Assembly (NCBI GenBank): GCA_963749155.1
Contig: CAVVLO010000002.1
Coordinates: 768,001-832,000 of the forward strand
Length of the DNA: 64,000 nucleotides
Direction of reading: 5' to 3'
Source of the DNA: an uncultured Armatimonadia bacterium
GTDB lineage: Bacteria > Armatimonadota > Zipacnadia > CAVVLO01
This document shows positions 39,914-49,260 of the stretch, piece by piece. Below the pieces are notes generated by a model that saw nothing but the letters and a program-made list of their open reading frames with translations, was not told the DNA's origin and did no database searches. A program made the position numbers and the translations under genes. Every line of letters begins with the position of its first letter. The stretch's first letter is position 1.

Positions 39914-40849
39914 TTAGTAGCCGAGTACGGCCAGGATGAGGGCGATAAGCGCCACAATAAACAGGAACGCGTAGTACTTGATCGCCTGGTCAATCCTGTA
40001 GCGCGCATGGGTCGCGGCTATCAGCGTTACGAGCAAAGTCAGGCCGAAGATCTTCGCCAAAACGACGAGGGTCCCCAGCGGGAAAGCCAATGAATTGCCC
40101 CAGGGAAGGAACAGGGCCACTACGATAGCACTGTAAAGGAACAACTTGGCCATCTGCGCATACTTGAAGAGGGCCAGCTTCGGACCCGAATACTCGATCA
40201 GGGTGCCTTCCATAAGCTCGGTCTCGGCTTCGGCGATGTCGAAGGGCATACGCCCAACGAAGGCCTGGAAAGCGAAAAGCATTACCACAGCCATCAAGAT
40301 GCCAGCATAAGATATGCTCTCTGCCCCTGCCGCATATACAGCCCCGCCACCCAGCACATCATCCAGCCTGAGGCTGCCTGCGTGCACGGCGCCGATAATG
40401 ACCGAGATTGCCAGCAGTGGCTCCAGGGTCATCATTGCCATCATCTCGCGGCTCATACCTACCAGTGAGTAGGTGGAGCCAGCCGCCAGTGCCGCAAGCA
40501 GGGTCGAAATCCCGCACAGCGTAAGCACATAGATAAGCAGGATGCTGTCGGCCGACAGCCCAAGTGGGGCCGCGGCGCCAATTGGCACGAGCAGCGCCAC
40601 CGTCAGGATGGCTGCAAGCGACAGATACGAGGCGAACCGCTGCATAAACGGTGACTCGCCGCACTCTAGATCTTCTTTCCCCAGCAGCTTCAGCAGGTCG
40701 TAATATGGCTGGGTAATCGGCGGCCCTTGACGAGACTGGACCCGCGCCGTGACCTTGCGCAGCACGCCCTCAAACAGCGGAGCCAGCAGCAGCACAAGCG
40801 CAATATTGACTACGCCGTAACTAAGCAGTTCAAGCACGTTAGCTTCCAT
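39914..40849 (-). CDS. hycD: membrane subunit (HycD/NuoH-like)
   Basis: 'RKVTARVQSRQGPP..QPYYDLLKLL', 'RMPFDIAEAETELMEG..IEYSG'. Confidence 0.9.
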   Translation of the reverse strand: MEANVLELLSYGVVNIALVLLLAPLFEGVLRKVTARVQSRQGPPITQPYYDLLKLLGKEDLECGESPFMQRFASYLSLAAILTVALLVPIGAAAPLGLSADSILLIYVLTLCGISTLLAALAAGSTYSLVGMSREMMAMMTLEPLLAISVIIGAVHAGSLRLDDVLGGGAVYAAGAESISYAGILMAVVMLFAFQAFVGRMPFDIAEAETELMEGTLIEYSGPKLALFKYAQMAKLFLYSAIVVALFLPWGNSLAFPLGTLVVLAKIFGLTLLVTLIAATHARYRIDQAIKYYAFLFIVALIALILAVLGY

Positions 40850-40882
40850 TCGTGAGCACTCCCAACGTATGTCCGTTGCTGG

Positions 40883-42559
40883 CTACTGGGCCGATTCGCG
40901 CACCAGCGCGTACAGCTCTTCCTGCGTGAAAATCCGCTCTTCACCACTGCGGATATCGACAACCTCAAGCCGGTCCGTGCAAGAGAAGCACGGGTCGATA
41001 CTGCCCAGAGAGATGGTCATGTCAGCGATCATCTGATCTTTTATCATCCCGGGCACGCCCTGCAGGTTCTGGTAGGTCGGGGCACGGACACGCCAGCGGC
41101 GCGGCCGGTTATCGTCACCGGTGATTACAAAGTGGTGGGCTTCGCCCCGGGGGGCTTCAACGGCGGACATCCCAAGTCGCCCAGCGGGCAGCTCGGAATC
41201 GATGTCCAGAGTAATCGGGCCATCGGGCATAAGAGCCAGCGACTGGCGGATAATCTTGATGGATTCCAGCACCTCGAGGGCGCGGACAATGATACGGCCC
41301 CAGACATCGGCCGAATCCTGAGTTATTACCTGGAAGTCCACCTTGTCATACGCCGCATACGGGTGATCTACACGATCGTCGATGGCTACGCCAGCCGCGC
41401 GCGCCACGGGGCCAAGCAGGCCCAGCGCTTTGCAGTCGGCAGGGGTAGCCACGCCAACGCCCTTGGTGCGGCGCTGGATGTTACGATCCTTGGCGATCAT
41501 CCCGACGACAGGCGTCCACTCTTTCTCGAGCTTGTCCATCAGCTCAAGGAGCTCGGTCTTCAGTTCGGGCGTGATGTCGAAGCGCACGCCGCCGATTACG
41601 CACAGGGCGTAAGTCTTGCGGTTGCCGCTTATCTTCTCGGAAATCCACATCACAGGCTCGCGGATCCGGAAGCTCTGCATAAACAGAGTGTCGAAGCCCA
41701 GGATATGGCACGCGAGGCCTGCCCAAAGCAGATGGCTGTGAAGACGCTCGATCTCGAGCATAATGGTCCGGATGAACTCGGCCCTTGGTGGCGCCTGGAT
41801 TGCCGCCGCCTGTTCGACAGCCTGGGCATATGCCACATTGTGGACGCAGCCGCAGATGCCACAGATGCGCTCTGCCAGCATCGGGATCTCGTTGTAGGTC
41901 AGGACCGAATCAGCGAGCTTCTCCACTCCGCGATGGACCATAAAGCCGCGGTATTCGCAGCCCTTCACGACCTCGCCCTCTACGAACAGGCGGAAGTGGC
42001 TCGGTTCGTCCAGGGTCGGGTGGAAAGGTCCGAACGGGACGACGACAGTGCCTTCTGGCGGATTATCGAAGTCGTAGGTCTTCGACGCGTCATAGGTATC
42101 CGGCACATTGTCCCAGCGCAAATCATGGCGCAGCGGATGAACATCCTCTGGCCAGCCATCGGGCAGCACCAGGCGCTTGGGGTTCGGATGCCCCTCGGGC
42201 ACGATACCGACCAGATCGCGGAACTCGCGCTCCGACCAGTTGGCGGCGGGAATAATATCCGCGATGCTGTCAATGACAGGATTCTCGCCATCGAGCAGCG
42301 TCAGGACGCTGATGAGGACATGGTCCTTGTCACAGGCGAAATCATGGGCGACCATAAACTTGCCCTGGGTCTCGCGCTCATCACAGCCGATGCCGACGCA
42401 ATAGCGAGCGTCCAGGTCCACGAAAAGGAACTGGCACACCTCGCGCACGGCTTTGGGCTCGATGTAGACGAACAAGCGGCCGTCGGCGGGGATGTCGGCC
42501 CGCTGGATCTTCAGGCCGAACCTCTCCTCAAGCTGCTTTTGGATGTCACGTGCTGTCAT
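40883..42559 (-). CDS. hycE: group 4 [NiFe]-hydrogenase large subunit (HycE-like NuoC-NuoD fusion) with cleavable C-terminal tail
   Basis: L1 'ERICGICG', L2 'DPCFSCTDR' followed by a 28-aa extension; 'GPFHPTLDEP', 'HRGVEK', 'EAPRGE'. Confidence 0.95.
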   Translation of the reverse strand: MTARDIQKQLEERFGLKIQRADIPADGRLFVYIEPKAVREVCQFLFVDLDARYCVGIGCDERETQGKFMVAHDFACDKDHVLISVLTLLDGENPVIDSIADIIPAANWSEREFRDLVGIVPEGHPNPKRLVLPDGWPEDVHPLRHDLRWDNVPDTYDASKTYDFDNPPEGTVVVPFGPFHPTLDEPSHFRLFVEGEVVKGCEYRGFMVHRGVEKLADSVLTYNEIPMLAERICGICGCVHNVAYAQAVEQAAAIQAPPRAEFIRTIMLEIERLHSHLLWAGLACHILGFDTLFMQSFRIREPVMWISEKISGNRKTYALCVIGGVRFDITPELKTELLELMDKLEKEWTPVVGMIAKDRNIQRRTKGVGVATPADCKALGLLGPVARAAGVAIDDRVDHPYAAYDKVDFQVITQDSADVWGRIIVRALEVLESIKIIRQSLALMPDGPITLDIDSELPAGRLGMSAVEAPRGEAHHFVITGDDNRPRRWRVRAPTYQNLQGVPGMIKDQMIADMTISLGSIDPCFSCTDRLEVVDIRSGEERIFTQEELYALVRESAQ

Positions 42560-42597
42560 AAGAGAGCACCTCTTCAGGCGCGTTGCGCCGCTAATAA

Positions 42598-44553
42598 CTA
42601 CTTGCTTTCGGGCTTCTCGTCCGACTTGTCGGCTGGCCCGTGAGCCTGGTGCTTGGGAGCGGCACCGACCCAGGTGAAATACTTCTTGAACTCGCCGTAA
42701 AGGTTGTGCGCGTTGTAGCGATACTCATCAGCATGGGTTACATAACCGCATAGCCAGGGAGTAGTAACGCGCCGTACCGCGCCCCCAACACGCGAGATAC
42801 CATAAACCAGCAGCATCAGGACCAGCACCACACCCGCCAGTACAAGAGGCGTGAAGGCTGCCATCTGCGGAAGGCCAACCCCCAGCAAGGTGTCGCCGGT
42901 GGGTACAGAGCTGGAAGTTATGAGCCTCTCGGCCAGGCCCTGGCGGCTTGCATTCATCGCGGCAAGGAACAGGCCGTAAGCCGCAGCGGGAGCGATACCG
43001 AGCAGCACGCAAAGCGCCCCAAGCAGTGACTGAGGTACCAGCATCGTCCAGTCGCCTTCCAGTTGGCCCTTCTCCTCGGCTTTGGCGTTTACCAGGTCAC
43101 TGCGACGCGACAGGAAAGTCACGCCGAAGAACTTCATAAACGAGGCCAGGGTCAGTGCGCTGGTAAGGATGGCGAACAGGCCGCATACCGCCAGATACTT
43201 GGCATCAGACGAGCCCAGGATGGTAGAGGCATAGATGGTCCACTTGCTGGCGAACCCATTGAAAAGCGGCACGCCGGCGATGCTGAAGGAAGCGATCAGC
43301 GTGAGCAACGCGGTCGCGGGCATCAGCTTGATCAGACCACCCAGCTTGTTCATATCCTGGGTATCGGTCGCATACATTACCGAGCCAGCGTTCAGGAAGA
43401 GCAGGCCCTTGAAGCACGCGTGGTTCACAGTGTGGAAAAGCGCGCCCAGCAGGCCGAAGCTGGCCAGTGTTTGCACTATCAGGTTGCTTTCGCCAGGCGC
43501 ATAAAGGGCGATTGCAGAGCCGATACCGAGCAGGATATAGCCAATCTGACCGATGCTGTGGAAGGCCAGCAGTCGCTTGGTTTGCTCCTGCTTGAGCGCC
43601 TGCATCGTGCCCACGAACAGAGTAATTGTACCGAGCACGGCGATAAGCATACCCCACTGGGCAGCGGGGAAGCTGTCAACTGCATCCTTCGGGATCATCC
43701 AAAGGAAGGTCCGCAGGATGCCGTAGATGCCAGTCTTGATCATTACGCCCGAAAGCAGCGCGCTAACAGGCGCGGGAGCCGCGGGGTGAGCGTCAGGCAG
43801 CCACCACTGGCCGAAGGGCCACATACCCGCCTTGATGCCGAAACCAACAAGCATCAGCATCAGTGCGCCCAGTACGATGCCTCCGCCCTGATTTTGGAGC
43901 ATCCAGCCCAGGTTGTGGGCGATGGCTTCGAAATCAAACTTGCCGATTGTCTCCGCGCCGAGGGTAATCTTGCTGCCAGTATCGCCCAGCATATAAGCCC
44001 CGGCCATAACCAGCAGCACCGAGAGTTCCATAAAGAACAGATATTTGTTGGCGGCGGCGACGTTGGACTTGACTTTGTTCTCGTACCGGATGAGCGCATA
44101 ACTGGTCAGCGTCATCAGTTGCCAGAAAAGGCAGAAATACAGCATCAGGTCAGTGGTTGTGACTATCCCGTACATACCCGCGATGAAGAGCAGGAAGTAA
44201 GGATAATACCGGCCGGCGCCATATTCCTTATAATGTTCCATATACTTGATCGAGAAGAGCGCCGCCATCACCGCGACAACCGCGATAATGCCGATAAACA
44301 GACCGCTCAGCCCGTCTATATACAGGCGCAGTGCCGTCCCGTTGACCAGTCCGTCAAAGAAGGTGCGAGCCTCACCCGCCTGTCCGCTGACCAGTACTCG
44401 GCCGACGCCGACAAGCGCCAGGAAGCTCGAGGCGGCAGTCGCCAGAAAAGCGAGCCAGCCCGCAATGCGCTTGCTACCAGAAACGAGCAAGGTAAGCACC
44501 GCGCCAGCCACCAGTATCCCAAAGGCATACAGCATGCAATCAATAGCTGTCAT
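42598..44553 (-). CDS. hycC: antiporter-like membrane subunit (HycC/HyfB, NuoL/M family)
   Basis: Many TM helices; 'GFGIKAG..P..WLPDAHPAAPAPVSALLSGVMIKTG.YG', 'KRLLAFHS', 'NHACFKGLLFL', 'GVPLFNGFASKW'. Confidence 0.9.
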   Translation of the reverse strand: MTAIDCMLYAFGILVAGAVLTLLVSGSKRIAGWLAFLATAASSFLALVGVGRVLVSGQAGEARTFFDGLVNGTALRLYIDGLSGLFIGIIAVVAVMAALFSIKYMEHYKEYGAGRYYPYFLLFIAGMYGIVTTTDLMLYFCLFWQLMTLTSYALIRYENKVKSNVAAANKYLFFMELSVLLVMAGAYMLGDTGSKITLGAETIGKFDFEAIAHNLGWMLQNQGGGIVLGALMLMLVGFGIKAGMWPFGQWWLPDAHPAAPAPVSALLSGVMIKTGIYGILRTFLWMIPKDAVDSFPAAQWGMLIAVLGTITLFVGTMQALKQEQTKRLLAFHSIGQIGYILLGIGSAIALYAPGESNLIVQTLASFGLLGALFHTVNHACFKGLLFLNAGSVMYATDTQDMNKLGGLIKLMPATALLTLIASFSIAGVPLFNGFASKWTIYASTILGSSDAKYLAVCGLFAILTSALTLASFMKFFGVTFLSRRSDLVNAKAEEKGQLEGDWTMLVPQSLLGALCVLLGIAPAAAYGLFLAAMNASRQGLAERLITSSSVPTGDTLLGVGLPQMAAFTPLVLAGVVLVLMLLVYGISRVGGAVRRVTTPWLCGYVTHADEYRYNAHNLYGEFKKYFTWVGAAPKHQAHGPADKSDEKPESK

Positions 44554-44577
44554 CGTAGCGTGCACCCCAGACTTCCG

Positions 44578-45060
44578 TTACGCCGTTTGGCTAAGAATCT
44601 TGTCCAGTAACTCCGCCAGAAGGCGGACGGTCTCTTCGATCACGGGGCTAAGCCCCGGTCCCTTCAAAGAGGCTGGCTGGGCTCCCAGTAAACTGACTTT
44701 CGGCCCCTCATCCGCCTCGATAAGCCTGGCCAGTGTCCCCAGCGACAGTTTATGGGTCGAAAACTGGGGAAACCGGCTCACCAGTTGCTCGGCGGAGAGT
44801 ACCACCACTGCCCCTGGCGCGGCTCCAACTTCAACAGCATCAAGCAGTATTACCGCATCCCAGCCGCCGGCTCGTACCTGGCCCGTATGGGCCTCTGGCG
44901 TCGTACCTGCCAGCACCACTTCGGCAAGGCCGCGCTGCTCGAGCGCTTCTCCCAGGCTCGGTCCGAACCCATCGTCACCGTGGTCCGGATTCCCGATTGC
45001 AATAAAGCAGACTCGCCCGGCCAGCCTGCTCCTGAGCTCGACATCGAGTGCCTGGCTCAA
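44578..45060 (-). CDS. hycI: hydrogenase maturation endopeptidase (HycI-like)
   Basis: 'IGNPDHGDDGFG', 'GTTPE', 'ILLDAV', 'STHKLSL'. Confidence 0.88.
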   Translation of the reverse strand: MSQALDVELRSRLAGRVCFIAIGNPDHGDDGFGPSLGEALEQRGLAEVVLAGTTPEAHTGQVRAGGWDAVILLDAVEVGAAPGAVVVLSAEQLVSRFPQFSTHKLSLGTLARLIEADEGPKVSLLGAQPASLKGPGLSPVIEETVRLLAELLDKILSQTA

Positions 45061-45911
45061 ATCTCCTCGCCGAGTTTCTGGATCTGTTCAAGAGTGTAAA
45101 CAGGTCCATCTACGCAGACATATGAGACGCCGATACAGCAATGGCCACACTTGCCGATACCGCACTTCATATAGCGCTCGAGCGTCGAGACGATGTGCTT
45201 GTCCTCGAAGCCCATCTCTTTCAGGTCCTTGAGCACGAAGCGGAACATAATGGGCGGGCCGCAGACGAAGGCCGTAGTGTTGTCGACCGGCACATCCACG
45301 TTGTCCAGCTTGAACAGCGAACCGACGACGCCTACGTTGCCGCTCCAGCCCTCATCGCCCCGGTCAACGGTCAGCAAGCACTCCAGCTTGCCTTCCTGCT
45401 GCCAGCGCGCCAGGTCCTCGGTATACATTAAGTCTTTGGGCGTACGCGCCCCGTAGAAGACCTGCACCTTGTCGAACTTGTCGCGGTTGTCCAGCGCGTA
45501 CACGATGCAAGAGCGAAGCGGGATAAGCCCGATACCACCGGCCACGAACACCAGGTTGCGGCCATAGTACTCGCTCATATCGAAGCCGTTGCCGTAAGGG
45601 CCGCGCACCGCGAACTTGTCGCCAGGCTTTAGCTGATGCAGCGCGTGAGAAACCGCCCCCACGTCTCGCACCGTGAAGAAGAGCTTCTCCTCGGAGGGAC
45701 TCGGCGGTAGCGAGGCCGGAAATTCCCCTGCGCCAAACACGTTTACCTGGGCGAACTGCCCGGGCTTGAAATTGCTGTGGAAATATTCCTGCTCTGCCGG
45801 ATCCTCATAATGCCAGTAGAAGGTCTTTACCTCTGCGATATCGTCCTGCACGGCATCCAGGATTGCTAGCTTGGGCAGATAGGCATTCTCGTCACGTTGC
45901 GGCTGGCTCAT
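45057..45911 (-). CDS. FAD/NAD(P)-binding [2Fe-2S] oxidoreductase (AsrB / sulfhydrogenase gamma HydG-like)
   Basis: 'FKPGQF', 'RGPYGNGF', 'VAGGIGLIPLRS', 'CGPPIM', 'LERYMKCGIGKCGHC...C.DGPV'. Confidence 0.9.
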   Translation of the reverse strand: MSQPQRDENAYLPKLAILDAVQDDIAEVKTFYWHYEDPAEQEYFHSNFKPGQFAQVNVFGAGEFPASLPPSPSEEKLFFTVRDVGAVSHALHQLKPGDKFAVRGPYGNGFDMSEYYGRNLVFVAGGIGLIPLRSCIVYALDNRDKFDKVQVFYGARTPKDLMYTEDLARWQQEGKLECLLTVDRGDEGWSGNVGVVGSLFKLDNVDVPVDNTTAFVCGPPIMFRFVLKDLKEMGFEDKHIVSTLERYMKCGIGKCGHCCIGVSYVCVDGPVYTLEQIQKLGEEI

Positions 45912-46980
45912 TTTCGACGCTCCCCGCGGTTTCTCTCCGAATGATCTCGACTACATTGGGCATACCTATATCGCCATGACAGACGGCGATGCAGCGCCCG
46001 CAGCCCACGCACGCTACCGACAGCTCTCTTTGCAGGAAATAATGGGCCAGCTTCCTGAAGAAACGCCGGTTGCGCCTGTCATGCACGGCCTTGCGCGGGT
46101 TGTGGCCACCGGCCATCCGCGTAAAACCTGACAGCGCGCACGCATCCCAGATGCGCACCCGCTCTACCTTGCCCTCGCCCACGTTGCGATCGCTGACAGT
46201 GAAGCAGGTGCAGGTCGGGCAGACATAGCTGCAGCCGCCGCACTCGAGGCACCGATTGCCGATCTCTTCCCAGGTATCTTCGCTGATGCCGCCCTTGGTG
46301 ATATAGCGAGTGGCAGCCGAATACCAGCTTGTCGGCACCTTGAAATGCTTGCGCGCCTCTTCGAGAAGGTCATGGCGCTTTTTCACGTGTTCGGGGGTCG
46401 CTTTCGTGAACATGGGATTCTCGAAAAGCTTCTCGCCCTTCTCGCTCCCTGCGACGACCAGCACCTCTTCGCCCAAATCCATAAGTTGCAGGTCGAAGTG
46501 GTCGCGAGCAGCCGGCCCGGTGTCGGCGCAAACGCAGAAACAGTCTCTGTCGATGTCTACGCCAACTTCGGTGCAGACCACATTGACCAGGAAAAGGTTC
46601 TCCCTGAGCTTCTTGTAGTACAAATCGTTGAAATCCCGCCCCAGGTAGAAACGATCAAGGTGATAGATACCCGCCACATCGCATGACCGGATGCCGAATA
46701 TGGCGCGCTTCGGCTCGTCGTAGGTGGGGGTAATCTCCACGTTGCCCTCGGCCATACGCATTTCCATCAGCCGCTGGATATGCGGCAGGACGTAGCGCTT
46801 GGCGGGATAATAAGGATTACGCACGTGCAGCTTCAGGTCGGCCTTGTTGGCTTCGGTGACCGGCTCGTAAGCGCTGTCGCGACCGCGACCCTCGAAGGGG
46901 GCGACGACCTCGTAGCCCTGCTCCTCGAGCAGGTCAACGATCTTGAACACGTCGCTCTTGGCTACGATTCTAGCGCGCAT
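45892..46980 (-). CDS. [4Fe-4S] protein (AsrA / sulfhydrogenase beta HydB-like)
   Basis: 'GIRSCD', 'CFC', 'CLECGGCSYVCPTCTCF', 'R.WDAC', 'CVGCGRCIAVC'. Confidence 0.9.
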   Translation of the reverse strand: MRARIVAKSDVFKIVDLLEEQGYEVVAPFEGRGRDSAYEPVTEANKADLKLHVRNPYYPAKRYVLPHIQRLMEMRMAEGNVEITPTYDEPKRAIFGIRSCDVAGIYHLDRFYLGRDFNDLYYKKLRENLFLVNVVCTEVGVDIDRDCFCVCADTGPAARDHFDLQLMDLGEEVLVVAGSEKGEKLFENPMFTKATPEHVKKRHDLLEEARKHFKVPTSWYSAATRYITKGGISEDTWEEIGNRCLECGGCSYVCPTCTCFTVSDRNVGEGKVERVRIWDACALSGFTRMAGGHNPRKAVHDRRNRRFFRKLAHYFLQRELSVACVGCGRCIAVCHGDIGMPNVVEIIRRETAGSVENEPAAT

Positions 46981-46982
46981 CG

Positions 46983-49016
46983 TCAAACCATCTCCAGTTT
47001 CACGCAGACGGGGCCGCGCAGCGTTGTCTCGTTGCAGGGCTTGCCCCCGAGCAACTGCTGCGTGACTTCGCCCAGGAAATACGGCACGAAGATCATCCCG
47101 CGTTTGACCTCACTGGTAAGACGCACCGCCACCTGGGCCGAACCGTCGGCCGAGGTCAACTGTACCTTCTGCCCATCGCGTACTTTGAGGTCGCGAGCAT
47201 CGTCCGGATTAAGCTCCACGAAGCCCTCGGGATAATCCAGCAAGAGCATCCGGTATTCGCGTTTCAAGGTTTCGCTGTGCAAAATGAGCGCGTTGCGATG
47301 CCAGTAGTAAAGCGAATGACCGAACATTAGCGAGAAGGGGAAATCTTCGGTCGCGCAGGGTATAGCTCCTGGCCGCGAGACCGCAGAAAACTTGAAAAGC
47401 TTGCCCTGAATGCCATCCTCATACAAGAAGCGCGTGCCATTGGGCTTGCTCTTTGTAACAGGCCACTGCCTGCCATAATCGGAGACCAGGTTATCGTAAT
47501 TCGCCGCTTCATAGGCAGGCACAGCCTGGCCTATCTCGTTCATAATGGCCGCCGAGTTTGCATACGTCCAGTTTGCGCCGAGTTTGTTTGCGACTTCTTC
47601 GATCTGCTTCCAGGCAGTGATGGTACCCTCCAGAGGATCCTTAACCTGGGTGGCAAGCTGGATGCGCCGCTCGGTGCTGGTGAAAGTTACGGTTTCTTCG
47701 CCGAAGGCGTTCAGCGGGAGGATGACATCCGCAAGTTCGGCGGTTTCGGTCATAAAGAGCTGCTGCATTACGATGAAGTCGAGTTTGGCGAGGGCTGCTT
47801 TGGCATTGCAGTAGACGCCTGTGATGACTGCGTCATGGCGGTCCAGCCACAGTGCTTTCAGCTTGTCGCCAGCCAGCACGGTAAGCATCGCGCGCGCTGT
47901 TGCGCCTTCTGTCTCGGGCAGTTTGCAGCCCCAGAGGCTTTCCAGCCTGGAACGATCTTCGGCCGACTCGACCTTGCCATAACCAGGCAGCAGGTTGGGC
48001 AGCATACCCATATCGCAGATACCCTGCAGGTTGTTTTGCTCTGTCAGTGACATAACCCCGGCGCCTTCTTTGCCGATATTTCCAGTCAGCAAAGCCAGGT
48101 TGGCGATTGACTCTACGGAGCTGGCTCCGCGCGCCTCGACGCCGGTCGAATAGAGGATCATCGCTTTGCCAGCCGAGGCGAAAGCTACGGCGGCCTGCTC
48201 GATGAGCTGGGCGTCCACGCCGCACTGCTCTGCGGCATAAAGCACATCATAGGCATTGATGTTTTCGCGGAAGGCGTCCCAGTCCTGACAATGGGCCTTG
48301 ATGAAGTCCAGGTCCATAAGCCCGCGGTCTATGATGACCTTGGCCATTGCGCCATAGAGCAGCGTGTCCGAGCCGGGGCGCAGTTGCAGGAAGTAGTCGG
48401 CATGCTCTGCGATGCGATGCTTGCGCGGGTCAATGACGATAACCTTGGCCCCCGCGAGTCTGGCTCTGATTACCCAGCCCCCGATTGTGGGAAGCTGCTT
48501 GGCCAGGTCTACACCGTTGATGAGGATGACGTCGGTCTTGGCGATATCGGCGATAGAGTTCGTCGAGGCGGGTATCCCGAGTTGATCCTGCAGCACTTCG
48601 ATGCTGTTATGCCTGTGGATGCCAGTCCCATGGTCGACGTTATTGGTGCCGATTATGGTCCTGCCCAGCTTCTGCAGCAGATAGGTCTCCTCATTGGAGC
48701 AGCGACCAGAGTTCAGGAAGCCGATGGCGTCGGGCCCATACTGGCTCTTGATCTGGCTCAGGCGCTCGGCAATGTAGCTGTAAGCTTCATCCCAGCTAAC
48801 CTGCTCGAACTTGCCTTCCCGCTTGATAAGCGGGTACCTGAGTCGATCTTGAGCGCTGGCTACTTCGTGCACGTTCCAGCCGCGGACACAAATCCTGCCC
48901 TCGTTGGCGGGGTGCGACATACTGGGATAGGCTCCGGTTACGTCGTTGCCCTGGGTCTCGAGGTAGATGCCGCAGCCCACACCACAGAACGTGCAGGTGG
49001 TTAACTTGTGGGCCAT
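46983..49016 (-). CDS. FdhF-like molybdopterin-oxidoreductase-family protein lacking catalytic residues
   Basis: N-term 'CTFCGVGC...ICVRG' [4Fe-4S]; 'RCSNEETY..QK..R...GTNNVD', 'QNNLQG..DMG', 'TERRIQ'. The Mo-ligand segment reads 'DHGTGIHRHNS' (no Cys, no TGA). Confidence 0.88.
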   Translation of the reverse strand: MAHKLTTCTFCGVGCGIYLETQGNDVTGAYPSMSHPANEGRICVRGWNVHEVASAQDRLRYPLIKREGKFEQVSWDEAYSYIAERLSQIKSQYGPDAIGFLNSGRCSNEETYLLQKLGRTIIGTNNVDHGTGIHRHNSIEVLQDQLGIPASTNSIADIAKTDVILINGVDLAKQLPTIGGWVIRARLAGAKVIVIDPRKHRIAEHADYFLQLRPGSDTLLYGAMAKVIIDRGLMDLDFIKAHCQDWDAFRENINAYDVLYAAEQCGVDAQLIEQAAVAFASAGKAMILYSTGVEARGASSVESIANLALLTGNIGKEGAGVMSLTEQNNLQGICDMGMLPNLLPGYGKVESAEDRSRLESLWGCKLPETEGATARAMLTVLAGDKLKALWLDRHDAVITGVYCNAKAALAKLDFIVMQQLFMTETAELADVILPLNAFGEETVTFTSTERRIQLATQVKDPLEGTITAWKQIEEVANKLGANWTYANSAAIMNEIGQAVPAYEAANYDNLVSDYGRQWPVTKSKPNGTRFLYEDGIQGKLFKFSAVSRPGAIPCATEDFPFSLMFGHSLYYWHRNALILHSETLKREYRMLLLDYPEGFVELNPDDARDLKVRDGQKVQLTSADGSAQVAVRLTSEVKRGMIFVPYFLGEVTQQLLGGKPCNETTLRGPVCVKLEMV

Positions 49017-49110
49017 ATCAGACGCCCCTTTCGAAGGCACTTGTATGCCTTTCGGTGGAATCGCGTCGGGTGGGCGTGGAAGACCGCGCTTACGCTAACC
49101 CGAACGGCAA

Positions 49111-49138
49111 ATTATACACGCCTCACAACCGGTGTCAA
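49111..49138 (-). promoter_or_regulatory. consensus sigma70 promoter of the hydrogenase operon
   Basis: TTGACA-N16-TATAAT on the minus strand, about 95 nt upstream of the FdhF-like ATG. Confidence 0.75.
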
Positions 49139-49260
49139 CCGATTTCGAGGCGTTGGGAGAAGGTTTCGCCGGGCCTTTTCCATCCCCTGCCCACCCCAGG
49201 CAGGGAGAATCACCCAAAGAGCGAACTACTTTTTTATCTATCACTTCAGGATGAGGCGCG

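Noticed and set aside
48600..48650. Selenocysteine codon in the FdhF-like gene
   Set aside because: No TGA at the ligand position; the ORF is open and encodes His/Arg there
49111..49128. Rex- or CRP-like operator (TTGTGA half-site) in the hydrogenase promoter
   Set aside because: Only one half-site; the other half does not match TCACAA
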